Notes: generated by a model not told the origin, from the letters alone. A stretch of 32,145 nt of DNA from Candidatus Kaiserbacteria bacterium RIFOXYD1_FULL_42_15 (GCA_001783565.1 MFMT01000042.1:29408-61552); one strand, 5' to 3'; positions 17,469 through 27,101 are shown, counted from the stretch's first letter. Translations and numbers: made by a program.

Positions 17469-19940
17469 CTAGACAAACACGATACTGGCAATAGAGTCGC
17501 CGGCTCGCATCTTCATTACTCGCACACCCTGTGTCTGACGGCCAAGAGTCGGCACGTCCTTGAGAGGTAATTTAATCACCTGCCCTTTCTTGCTCATAAT
17601 TACCAATTCTCCTTCTGTTCTATCCTCGCCACCAATCACTACTCCGCCGACAATCAGGCCGGTCTTGTCAGTGACTTTGGCAGTTTTGATACCAGAGCCA
17701 CCACGTTTTTGCACTTTGTACTCCTTTACTGGAGTGGTCTTACCATAACCATGTTCGGTCACAATCAAGATTTCAAAATCCTTAGAATCTTTTTTAATAA
17801 CATCAGCCGAGACTATTAAATCTCCCTTACCGAGTTTCATGGCGGCCACACCGGCAGCGGTGCGTCCCATTTCTCGGACATCGCTTTCTTTAAATCGTAT
17901 CGCTTGACCCTTGTGTGTAACTAAGGAAACCTCATCCCCTTTACCAACAAATTTGGCGGCTATCAAAGCATCGTCTTCGCGCAAGGTAATAGCAATCAGT
18001 CCGCTACGACGCACATCTTTGAAGGCAGAAGCATCAGACTTTTTGGCTACCCCATTTTTGGTAACCATCATCAAGCTCCACTGCCCTTCCCAAGCTTCTT
18101 TGCGAACCGCCAGGACTGAAGTCACCCGTTCTTCGGCTGACATTGAAAGGAAGTTCATGATCGACTTGCCTTTGGTGGCGCGACGACCCTCTGGTATCTC
18201 GTACATCTTGCTCTGATAGACCTTACCATTATCGGTAAAGAATAGAAGGTCACTGTGAGCCGAAGTAGTAAGCAGTGTCGTCACCACGTCTTCTTCCTTG
18301 GTATTCAAGTCAATTACGCCCACTCCGCCACGCTTTTGGGTTTTGTATTCTTCGGGGTTAGTACGCTTGACGTAACCGCCAGCAGTGAGCACTAAGACGC
18401 TTTCGTCGTCCGGTATCAAGTCTTCTTGACTCATCATTTTGACACCACCCTTGACGATTTTGGTACGACGGTCATCGCCATATTTTTCAGCAATCTCCAT
18501 CAATTCGCTTTTGACCAAGGCCAGCATCTTTGCCTTACTCTTTAGAATTGCTTCCAGTTCCTTGATAAGTTTTTGAACCTCAGTCAGTTCATCTTCTATT
18601 TTCTTACGCTCGAGTCCAGCCAACTTTTGCAGACGCATGTCGAGAATGGCCTGGGCCTGAATACTGGAGAACTTGAATTCTTTCATCAAAGCAGCGTGGG
18701 CTGTCGGTACATCTTTGGCAGCTCGAATAAGCTTGATGATTTGGTCGATATGATCAAGGGCTTTTTTCAGGCCAAGTAAAATATGCTCGCGATCCTGGGC
18801 TTTGGTGAGGTCGTACTGAGTACGACGACGGACGACGTTGGACCGATGCTTCACATATTCTTCTAAGATAACCTTGAGTGACACTGTCTGCGGTACGCCG
18901 TCAACCAAAGCCACCATGTTGTAGTGGAAGGTGTCCTCCAGTTGAGTATGTTTGTATAATTTATTTAAAACGGTTTGTGGTTGGGCACCAGTTTTGAGAT
19001 CAATCACTACCCGAATGTCATTGGTAGACTCGTCACGCATTTCACGAATACCCTCAATCTTTTTGTCGCGCACCAAATCAGCAATCTTTTCCTGCATGTC
19101 GGCCTTGTTCACCCGAAATGGAATCGAAGTAATAATGATAGAGAAAGCCCCTTTTTTGTCCTCAACAATCTCAGCTTCACCACGCACTACCACCCCACCA
19201 CGACCATAGGTATAGGCATGGGTAATATCTTTTTGATTAAAGGCCACCGCACCAAGTGGAAAGTCTGGACCTTTAACAAATTTCAACAAGTCCTCTGTAG
19301 TGGCTCCTGGATTATCAATCAAATATTCAATCGCCACTGATAATTCGCGCAAATTGTGGGGTGGAATATTGGTTGCCATTCCCACTGCAATACCCAATGT
19401 ACCCATGAGGAGTAAATTTGGTACTGCTGCTGGTAAAACCACTGGCTCTTTTTTGGTACCATCAAAGTTGGGGCGCCAATCAACTGTGTCCTTTTCCAAA
19501 TCACGGAGCATTTCTTCTGCTAAGCGCGACATCTTGGCCTCAGTGTATCGATAGGCAGCCGCCGAGTCACCGTCAATTGAACCGAAGTTTCCTTGACCAA
19601 GAACAAGTGGGTAACGGGTAGCAAATGGCTGAGCCAACTTTACCATTGATTCGTACACTGCCGAGTCACCATGAGGATGAAAGCTACCAAGCACATCTCC
19701 CACTACCGTCGCTGATTTTTTGAACTTTGCACTCGCTGTTAAACCATTAAGACGCATCGAGTAGAGGATGCGACGGTGTACTGGCTTCAGCCCATCGCGA
19801 ATATCCGGCAAGGCACGCGAAGTAATGACCGACATCGCGTAGTCAAGGTAGGAAGTTTCCATTTCACCCGTGATACTTTGGGTGATAATTCCTCGTTGTG
19901 GAGCTGGAGTGGTATCATCTGGAATGGTCTTTTTCGGCAT
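17469..19940 (-). CDS. gyrA: DNA gyrase subunit A
   Basis: [21 protein letters not shown], 'AAAYRYTE' active-site region, GyrA box QKRGG; probable ATG at 19940. Confidence 0.96.
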   Translation of the reverse strand: MPKKTIPDDTTPAPQRGIITQSITGEMETSYLDYAMSVITSRALPDIRDGLKPVHRRILYSMRLNGLTASAKFKKSATVVGDVLGSFHPHGDSAVYESMVKLAQPFATRYPLVLGQGNFGSIDGDSAAAYRYTEAKMSRLAEEMLRDLEKDTVDWRPNFDGTKKEPVVLPAAVPNLLLMGTLGIAVGMATNIPPHNLRELSVAIEYLIDNPGATTEDLLKFVKGPDFPLGAVAFNQKDITHAYTYGRGGVVVRGEAEIVEDKKGAFSIIITSIPFRVNKADMQEKIADLVRDKKIEGIREMRDESTNDIRVVIDLKTGAQPQTVLNKLYKHTQLEDTFHYNMVALVDGVPQTVSLKVILEEYVKHRSNVVRRRTQYDLTKAQDREHILLGLKKALDHIDQIIKLIRAAKDVPTAHAALMKEFKFSSIQAQAILDMRLQKLAGLERKKIEDELTEVQKLIKELEAILKSKAKMLALVKSELMEIAEKYGDDRRTKIVKGGVKMMSQEDLIPDDESVLVLTAGGYVKRTNPEEYKTQKRGGVGVIDLNTKEEDVVTTLLTTSAHSDLLFFTDNGKVYQSKMYEIPEGRRATKGKSIMNFLSMSAEERVTSVLAVRKEAWEGQWSLMMVTKNGVAKKSDASAFKDVRRSGLIAITLREDDALIAAKFVGKGDEVSLVTHKGQAIRFKESDVREMGRTAAGVAAMKLGKGDLIVSADVIKKDSKDFEILIVTEHGYGKTTPVKEYKVQKRGGSGIKTAKVTDKTGLIVGGVVIGGEDRTEGELVIMSKKGQVIKLPLKDVPTLGRQTQGVRVMKMRAGDSIASIVFV

Positions 19941-20047
19941 AACAGAAAACAAGAAATTTAATAATAATCTTCATATTATAGCATACTTGAGCTATGGTAC
20001 AGTGGTTTTTAAGAGTCCAACCACCAACCCTCTTACAAATCATAAAG

Positions 20048-20341
20048 TTTCAAATTTTGAGCGAAAAAGAATTAGATAGTTTGAGGAAGCATATAGATAT
20101 ATATTGATGAAAAATAACTAATTTGTAGCCAAATATTTGGAATCTTTTGGTGGCATACGGGGTTATTGGATGGGTTCTAAATAATACCATCCCCAATTAA
20201 CGCTTGGACATAAACGCCTTTCAAAATTTTGAGCGAAAAGCAAGCTGGAGTCCGAAGCATATTGGTATATGTTGAGGGCGAAGCGCGGTTTTGTAGCCAA
20301 AATTTGGGATTGCGTGTCCAATGGTTAATTGGAGATGGTAT
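20048..20341 (+). repeat. Two degenerate copies of a structured motif, the second enclosed by an inverted copy of the neighbouring gene's 3' end
   Basis: TTTCAAA(A)TTTTGAGCGAAAA...GAAGCATAT...TTTGTAGCCAAA at 20048-20142 and 20219-20310; 20184-20210 pairs with 20315-20341. Confidence 0.7.
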
Positions 20342-20798
20342 AAGGTAATCGCGATTCACTATTCACGGTTTCTCGTGGCTTAGTGGTCGTGCCAATCTGA
20401 ATGGTTTTAGTGGTGGTAGATTTGGCATTCATATTCGTTGAAGAACTAATCCTAATTTCAATCGGTGATTGATTCTGTTCTTCCCCTGATGATTTGGAGA
20501 CAGTAGTTGAGGTGGCAACGGAAGCAGAGAGGGTAGTGCTGGCAGATTGCCACACATTGGCCACAGATTTTTTTGCGCCCTCAAATTGGTTTTTTATTTG
20601 AGTTAAAAAACCAGAAAATGGAGCCGCCCCGACCGCTTCACTCTCCACCCCGCCAGAGATGTTTGAAAAACTTGCTGGTAAAGATACCAACCAAACCACT
20701 ACCAAAATAGCGGTAAAAACAAAAGCACTGCCAAAAGCATATCGCTCACGCACATGTTTTGGTTTTGTTCTTATTTTGTCTAGGGTTTCGAAGAACAT
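20325..20798 (-). CDS. Hypothetical single-pass membrane protein
   Basis: 'LDKIRTKPKHVRERYAF' then a TM helix and a Ser/Thr-rich tail. Confidence 0.7.
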   Translation of the reverse strand: MFFETLDKIRTKPKHVRERYAFGSAFVFTAILVVVWLVSLPASFSNISGGVESEAVGAAPFSGFLTQIKNQFEGAKKSVANVWQSASTTLSASVATSTTVSKSSGEEQNQSPIEIRISSSTNMNAKSTTTKTIQIGTTTKPRETVNSESRLPYTISN

Positions 20799-20827
20799 AT
20801 TTTAATAAGCAACCCTGCGGGTAGTAG

Positions 20828-21448
20828 CTAGACGGAGAGGACAACGACATCACCCTCCATAACAACTACATCACGTTTCTTGATTGTCAGTTTATCGACT
20901 GGTTTAACGGTCTCTGCCCCCACCTCTTTCAAAAAGGTATTCAATGATGTTTTATCATAGTGCATCGGCAAAATAAGTCTTGCCTCCAACTTGGTTGCCA
21001 GCTTGGCAGCGGCTGGTACATCCAAAACATCTCCGCCACCAATCGGTACAAATAATATATCAATATCGCCTAACTCACCAAGAATTTTTGGGTCAATTTC
21101 CGCATCGCCAAGAGCCCCTAAAAACACTAAATTCATTTCTTCCAGACGTACCTGATAAATAGTATTGAAGTGCTCCACATTTTCATAAGTGGTTTTTACA
21201 CCAAAACCACGGACCGTCACTTCACCAATTTCATATTCGCCAGGACCCGACACTACAAATGGTTGCTTGTTGCCAAGGGCTACTTGGCTAGAACCGTTGA
21301 AGTTTGGATGGTTAAGTGAAATAAAGGCCACATCTGAACCAAACTTTACTGATGTTAATTTAGATTCCTTCGCAATCGGATCAAAAGCCAGAGTGGTGTT
21401 ACCAAACGATACCTTAAAACATTGCCCACCGTGATATGTAATAACCAT
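20828..21448 (-). CDS. Metallo-beta-lactamase-fold protein (degenerate metal site)
   Basis: 'ITYHGGQCFKV', 'GPGEYEIG', 'DIDILFVPIGG', 'LPMHY'; start placed at ATG 21448. Confidence 0.85.
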   Translation of the reverse strand: MVITYHGGQCFKVSFGNTTLAFDPIAKESKLTSVKFGSDVAFISLNHPNFNGSSQVALGNKQPFVVSGPGEYEIGEVTVRGFGVKTTYENVEHFNTIYQVRLEEMNLVFLGALGDAEIDPKILGELGDIDILFVPIGGGDVLDVPAAAKLATKLEARLILPMHYDKTSLNTFLKEVGAETVKPVDKLTIKKRDVVVMEGDVVVLSV

Positions 21449-21561
21449 AATGACAGTAGTATACAAGAAGAGAGCGGAAATAGAAAATAGAATATGGAAA
21501 ATAGTTGAATAGTTTAATAGTTACAGTTGCATGGTTGTATGGTTGCAATTAATGCAACGTT

Positions 21562-21710
21562 GTCTTCGCGAGGAGCGAGCGCACGAGTGACGTGGCGATC
21601 CAGGGTGGCGACGATGACGAACGGTGTGGATTGCCGCGCTGTGGCTCGCCTGTCTGCCATGCCTGCCCTGCATACGCAGGCATGGCATGCAGGGCAGGCA
21701 GGCAAAGACG
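21562..21710 (+). repeat. CGTC-type element with expanded internal palindrome
   Basis: GTCTTCGCGAG...GACGTGGCGATCC and GGATTGCC...CTCG-[54 nt]-CAAAGACG. Confidence 0.85.
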
Positions 21711-21742
21711 TGACTTTCCCATATTCAATATTCTATTTTCCC

Positions 21743-21771
21743 TTGCCATTTTTCATTTTCTTTGTTATATT
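21743..21771 (+). promoter_or_regulatory. rpsA promoter
   Basis: TTGCCA, 17 bp, TATATT with extended TG. Confidence 0.55.
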
Positions 21772-21920
21772 TTTCCCACTTCGTAAGAAGATTATTAGTT
21801 TCTAGCGACACACGTTTAACCCCGCACTCACGGACAATGGCCGGTAGAAAAATTCAAAGAATTTTTCTACCTCGCGAAATGGTTGTGCGGACGCGTGTCG
21901 TCGGAAGTAAACATATATAT

Positions 21921-23039
21921 ATGTCAGATGTAACTACTCCAGTCGCTGATTCGACTGAAGCTAAAGGAGGTGTGATGCAGTTGTTGGCTGCCAACCTGCC
22001 GGACGCGCCAAAAGAAGGACAATTAATCGAGGGGACTGTTTCGGCTATTGGCCGAGCCCGACTGTATGTAGACCTACCACCATTTGGTACTGGTTTGATT
22101 TTTGGTCGTGAATATATGAACGCGCGCGATATTCTGCGTAAAGTTAGTGTTGGTGATACTATCGCCGCCAAAATTGTCGATACCGCCAACGAAGATGGTT
22201 ATATTGAATTATCTCTCAAGGAGGCTCGCCAAGCATTGATTTGGGCTGACGCTGACGAAGCGGTCAAACGAGGGACTGTTATGAGTTTGGAAGTTAAAGA
22301 GGCCAACAAAGGCGGTTTGATTATTGAGTGGCAGGGTATTCAAGGATTCCTTCCAGCTTCACAACTCGGATCTGACAATTATCCTCGAGTTGATAATGGC
22401 GACAAGGACAAAATCCTACACGCTCTTAATTCACTAGTAGGTAAACACCTCAGTGTGGTTATGATTACTGCTGATCAGAAGGAACATAAACTTATCTTCT
22501 CAGAAAAAGGACCCCAAGAAAAAGAAGAAAAAGAAGAAAAAGTTGGTAGGTATGAAGTTGGGGAGATTCTAAATGGTGAAGTAACCGGGGCTGTTGATTT
22601 CGGTATCTTTGTTAAGATTGAACAAGGACTGGAAGGACTGGTTCACATTTCTGAACTTGATTGGGGACTGGTAGAAGACACTCGCACCCTGTATAAAGTC
22701 GGAGATAAGGTTAAGGTTAAAGTCATTGAGGTAAAAGATGATAAGATTTCTCTATCCATCAAACAACTTCGTGATAACCCTTGGACTGAAGCTGCTAAAA
22801 AATATGCCAAGGATCAAGTAGTGCCTGGTGTTGTGATTAAATACAACAAGCACGGTGCTTTGGCCTCTATCCAAGAAGGAGTGGCTGGTTTAGTTCATAT
22901 TTCCGAATTTGAAACCGAACAAAATTTGAAAGCAAAACTTTCACTTGGTAATGTCTACCAATTCAAAATCACTCTTTTTGAACCGACTGAACAACGCATG
23001 ACATTATCATACAAGGAAGCAAATCAAGAAATAAAATAA
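21921..23039 (+). CDS. rpsA: 30S ribosomal protein S1 (four S1 domains)
   Basis: 'NKGGLII...GFLPASQL', 'FGIFVKI..GLEGLVHISEL', 'ISLSIKQL..NPW'; start ATG 21921. Confidence 0.9.
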   Translation: MSDVTTPVADSTEAKGGVMQLLAANLPDAPKEGQLIEGTVSAIGRARLYVDLPPFGTGLIFGREYMNARDILRKVSVGDTIAAKIVDTANEDGYIELSLKEARQALIWADADEAVKRGTVMSLEVKEANKGGLIIEWQGIQGFLPASQLGSDNYPRVDNGDKDKILHALNSLVGKHLSVVMITADQKEHKLIFSEKGPQEKEEKEEKVGRYEVGEILNGEVTGAVDFGIFVKIEQGLEGLVHISELDWGLVEDTRTLYKVGDKVKVKVIEVKDDKISLSIKQLRDNPWTEAAKKYAKDQVVPGVVIKYNKHGALASIQEGVAGLVHISEFETEQNLKAKLSLGNVYQFKITLFEPTEQRMTLSYKEANQEIK

Positions 23040-23050
23040 CAGTAAATAAA

Positions 23051-23085
23051 CAAAAAGACACGGGATCATGCTCGTGTCTTTTTTG
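23051..23085. terminator. Bidirectional terminator between rpsA and pth
   Basis: AAAAAGACACGGG-ATCATG-CTCGTGTCTTTTTT. Confidence 0.75.
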
Positions 23086-23164
23086 TTATCAATCTGCGAG
23101 GTCAGACCCCACAGATTGGGTGATGTTGTGGCGAAAGGTAAAAAACTTAAGGGTAGGGCTTTTT

Positions 23165-23761
23165 TTAATTAAACTTATTCATCGCTACTGTATGGCCTTC
23201 TGTTACAATCATAGCGATGGCGGCACAGGCAGACTCTTTTGCTTCCTTAAGGGCATTCTGCTCACGCTTCCCAAAACCACCCAAGACAAACCTCTCTAGT
23301 ATGCCGCCTCCACCCGGCCTCTTTATAGTTCCTTGTTGCCATGGCCAGAAGCCACTCTTACCAATACCAATTCGTACTCGCACAAAGTCCTTGGTATTGA
23401 GCTTATCAATAATCGAGGCAATGCCGTTATGTCCCCCACTTCCTCGGCCGAATGACACCCTTACTTGTCCCAGTGGTAAATCAACATCGTCATGAAGAAC
23501 GACTAGATGATCTGTTTCGACACTTGGCACCAATTTTTTCACCGCCCTACCAGAATTATTCATGAAAGTATCAGGATATAGCACCATGACGTCTTGTTGC
23601 TCCAATTGACCCGCACTCACTTTCCCACTATACTGGGCGGATAAAACCGCTGGAGGCAATCCTGCCCCTGAGACTAAAATATCAAGCACCATCCACCCGA
23701 TATTATGTCGGGTGTTCTGATATTTTTCTCCCGGGTTTCCTAGACCCACGATGTAATACAT
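23165..23761 (-). CDS. pth: Peptidyl-tRNA hydrolase
   Basis: IVGLGNPG..Y..TRHNIG, FMNNSG, HDDVD, GGHNG, RVRIGIG. Confidence 0.96.
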   Translation of the reverse strand: MYYIVGLGNPGEKYQNTRHNIGWMVLDILVSGAGLPPAVLSAQYSGKVSAGQLEQQDVMVLYPDTFMNNSGRAVKKLVPSVETDHLVVLHDDVDLPLGQVRVSFGRGSGGHNGIASIIDKLNTKDFVRVRIGIGKSGFWPWQQGTIKRPGGGGILERFVLGGFGKREQNALKEAKESACAAIAMIVTEGHTVAMNKFN

Positions 23762-23931
23762 CCAAAAATCATACCACAGCGGAAGTCATTTAGACCAATT
23801 TATCGGTAATTAAAAATAAATCACAAACAAAAACCATTCAGAGTCACTTAAATTCAGTCATAGTAAATTACTAAAATCGCAAAATTTGCGAAGCTGATTT
23901 TTATCGCGTATAATACAATTACTTCACCACT

Positions 23932-24582
23932 ATGAACTTGTTCTCTACTAAAAAATCAACTTCGGAAGATACCACCATCATCACCGATAATGAAAATAAT
24001 TTTGCTCCGACCCAGGAAAAAAAAGAGCACCCGATTCTTGAAATTATTCGTTTTTCTCTCATTGCCCTTATAATTGTTATCCCAATTCGGATGTTTATTG
24101 CCCAGCCATTCATTGTTTCTGGCGCCTCAATGGAAAACACCTTCCACACCGGCGAATATTTAATCGTGGACCAATTGAGTTACCATTTTAATCAGCCCAG
24201 TCGGGGTGATGTAATTGTTTTTCGTTACCCTCGTGATCCTTCAAAGTTTTTTATTAAACGCGTTATTGGTTTGCCTGGTGAAACTATTGTAATTGAAGGA
24301 CCAACTATCCATATCAAAAATAAAAATAATCCAGAGGGTTTTGTTTTGGAAGAGCCATATATCAAAAGTATGAATAATAGCACCAATATGACTGAAGTAT
24401 TGGGTGATCGTGAATATTTTGTTATGGGTGATAACCGAGATCAAAGTTCCGACTCCAGGGCATGGGGAATCTTACAACAAGATCGGATTATCGGTCATGC
24501 TTTTATCCGACTTTTTCCACCACAGAAATTTAAGTACCTTCCCGGCGCCATTACTAACACAACTGTTACCAGTTCATCATAA
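23932..24582 (+). CDS. lepB: Signal peptidase I
   Basis: TM, 'VSGASM', 'FIKRVIGLPGE', 'YFVMGDNRDQSSDSRAWG'. Confidence 0.95.
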   Translation: MNLFSTKKSTSEDTTIITDNENNFAPTQEKKEHPILEIIRFSLIALIIVIPIRMFIAQPFIVSGASMENTFHTGEYLIVDQLSYHFNQPSRGDVIVFRYPRDPSKFFIKRVIGLPGETIVIEGPTIHIKNKNNPEGFVLEEPYIKSMNNSTNMTEVLGDREYFVMGDNRDQSSDSRAWGILQQDRIIGHAFIRLFPPQKFKYLPGAITNTTVTSSS

Positions 24583-24593
24583 TTAAAATCAGT

Positions 24594-25766
24594 ATGCATA
24601 CAGAATGTAGTCCAACTGAGTTTTTGAAAATTGCTTCTCATACCGCCGAATATTTTGGGTTTAAAACAATAGAGGTGTTACGTAAAGATCCGATTTGTAA
24701 AAGTTGCGAAACTACCCTATCACATACAATTACTAAAGAAGATAGCCGACTCGATAATGCTAGCGGGTTAATTACTCGTGGGTTAGAGGTCTTCTGTAAC
24801 GAAAATCTACATGCTATTAATGGTCCAGTTTTGCTTTATACGATAGATACTACTGACACTAATGAAACAGCTGTTTCTTTTCATATTTTTAATGTTCAAA
24901 AAAGTATTGCCGAGGCCATATTGATTCAGCTTAGTCATGCTCTGACGGGAGAACTTGGCTACACAGACTATGTGGTTAAAATTAACTCCTTAGGTGACAG
25001 TGACTCAATGATTCGCTACAGTCGTGAAATAACCAATTTTTTGCGTAAACGTTTGGATTCAATGCCTCAAGAGGCCCGTGAACTAATGAAAGTACACGCT
25101 TTTACTGCTCTCCAATATCTAGTAGAACAAGGACATGAACTATCTCTTAAAAGTCCTAGTCCATTGGAATATTTAAGTGACCAGAGCCGTAAACACTTTC
25201 GCGACATTATTGAATATTTAGATATGAGTGCCACTCCTTATGAAATCGATCCAAAAATGCTTGCTCATCATGAGTATTATTCTGACACCCTATTTTCTAT
25301 CGACTTGCCGGCCATGACAGGAATGTCTACACCATCGCTCAGTTTGCGTGGTGGACGTTTTGATGAGTATGTTGAGCGTAAAACTCACCACCACACACCA
25401 GCCGTCGGTGCGGTCGCTATCCTACACGAAAAACCATCCCCTGCCCGTAATCCTCGTTTTAAGCTCCAGACACCAATTATTTATATAATTCAGCTTGGTT
25501 TTGGTCCCAAAATCAGAAGTTTGATGATAATCGATGAGTTACGTAAAGAAGGTATTTCAGTTTACCAAGACCTTGCCAACGATTCACTGTCAGCCCAACT
25601 TCGTAATGCTGAAGCGTGTGGTGTTAAATACGTTATTATTATCGGTCAAAAAGAATTCGTTGATGGTACAGTCATTTTGCGCGACATGGAAGCAAGAAGA
25701 CAGGAACCAATTCCGTGCGAAGCATTGCTACGAAAATTAAAACGAAATAATACCGTCACTGTCTAG
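24594..25766 (+). CDS. Degenerate histidyl-tRNA synthetase paralogue with HGTP anticodon-binding domain
   Basis: HisRS-like 'VKINSLGD', 'YEIDPKM...YYSDTLF', 'GGRFD', 'PAVG' and C-terminal 'LSAQLRNA...IIIGQKE...VILRDM'; motif 2 not recognisable. Confidence 0.75.
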   Translation: MHTECSPTEFLKIASHTAEYFGFKTIEVLRKDPICKSCETTLSHTITKEDSRLDNASGLITRGLEVFCNENLHAINGPVLLYTIDTTDTNETAVSFHIFNVQKSIAEAILIQLSHALTGELGYTDYVVKINSLGDSDSMIRYSREITNFLRKRLDSMPQEARELMKVHAFTALQYLVEQGHELSLKSPSPLEYLSDQSRKHFRDIIEYLDMSATPYEIDPKMLAHHEYYSDTLFSIDLPAMTGMSTPSLSLRGGRFDEYVERKTHHHTPAVGAVAILHEKPSPARNPRFKLQTPIIYIIQLGFGPKIRSLMIIDELRKEGISVYQDLANDSLSAQLRNAEACGVKYVIIIGQKEFVDGTVILRDMEARRQEPIPCEALLRKLKRNNTVTV

Positions 25767-25823
25767 GGCATTCGTGTTTATTAATTGCTCCACATTATTT
25801 AAGTAGATGATATCTAGACTTCT

Positions 25824-26602
25824 GGATTGCCTGCCTGCACATGTATAACACCTAACGAGCCAGCAGGTGGGCTTCATGACGACTTGCAAAAACGGTAGTC
25901 TTCGTCATTGCGAGAAGGGTGACCGCAGTCTAATGACGTGGCAAATCCATGACCGTACAGAAACGTGGATTGCTTCGTTGTGACTCGCAAAGACGGGTAC
26001 GAAGAACGACACCCCACCATCGTCTTTGCGAGGAATGAGCTGGCAAGCAAATGACGTGGCAATCCACACCATCACCGTCTTTGAGGAGGGAGCTGGCAAG
26101 CGTGAAAAAGTGACTCAATGTTGTGTAAAATAATAAGCGTAGCGACTATATTTTTCATACATAGAATTTTTTATCCTTAATAAAAATTCTTGCACTTTGC
26201 AGCCAACTTGAGCTGGTTTGTACCCACCTTTAGCTGCGAGCAAAGCGTGGCAGGAAATAAAATAGCCAATGAGTGGACAGTCCCTGTTAAGGTGAGAAAT
26301 GTCTGGGTGAGAAAGTCCAGTGGACTTTCTCAAGAGGTTGCCTACTATTTTGCAAAAATAGCGTCAACCTGAACAGCTTCTGTATAGAAGACATTTCGCA
26401 GCCACATTGAGCTAGTTTTACCCACCTTTAGCTGCGAGCGAAGCGTGGCAGGAAATAAAGTAGCCAATGAGTGGACAGTCCCTGTTAAGGTGAGAAAAGC
26501 ATGGGATGCTTTTCGCAAGACTCATTGAGGGATTTTGTGAGTGCAACTAAACAAAATACCCAATGAGTGGACAGTCCCTGTAAGGGAGCAACGTGGTGAT
26601 CC
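25824..26602 (+). repeat. Large composite CGTC-type repeat cluster with tandem and nested modules
   Basis: Multiple CGTC arms; about 100-bp direct repeat 26195-26299/26395-26498; CAATGAGTGGACAGTCCCTGT three times. Confidence 0.92.
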
Positions 26603-26780
26603 AGGATAATTACTGAGTGTATTGTTTCTTGAAACCTTTAGCTACCTCTTAAACGAAAGGTGGTTTTTGGGGTGGGGTACTAGGAAGTTTCTTTGGCCCA
26701 GAAATAGTCAAGAATTAATTAGTATGGGTAATTTGTTACCTTGCACTTTTTCTTCAGGAATGCTATGCTCTTGCCCACAT

Positions 26781-27026
26781 ATGGCAACAAACGTTGAAGT
26801 AGAAAAAAATACCAATGAGAGTAGTGCGAACGTAATTCGTCGTTTTACTAAGCGTGTTCAGGGAGCTGGCATTGTTCCTAAGGTTCGTAGTGGTCGTTAT
26901 CATAACCGTATTAAGAGTCGCAATGTACAGAGATTTGCTCGTCTTAAAAAACTTGGCAAAAAAGAAGTTTACGAAAAATTACTTAAGCTTGGAAAAATTC
27001 AAGAACAACGTCGCGGCCACCGCTAG
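26781..27026 (+). CDS. rpsU: 30S ribosomal protein S21-like
   Basis: 'VEVEKNTNESSANVIRRFTKRVQGAGIV..VR..RYH', basic, 81 aa; TTGCAC-17-TATGCT promoter at 26741-26769. Confidence 0.7.
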   Translation: MATNVEVEKNTNESSANVIRRFTKRVQGAGIVPKVRSGRYHNRIKSRNVQRFARLKKLGKKEVYEKLLKLGKIQEQRRGHR

Positions 27027-27038
27027 AATAAAATAGGC

Positions 27039-27070
27039 AGATAACCCCACTCACATGAGTGGGGTTATCT
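27039..27070 (+). terminator. Strong hairpin after rpsU
   Basis: AGATAACCCCACTCA-CA-TGAGTGGGGTTATCT followed by T-rich bases. Confidence 0.7.
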
Positions 27071-27101
27071 TATTGAGTGAATCATGTCATACTAAGTAAA
27101 T

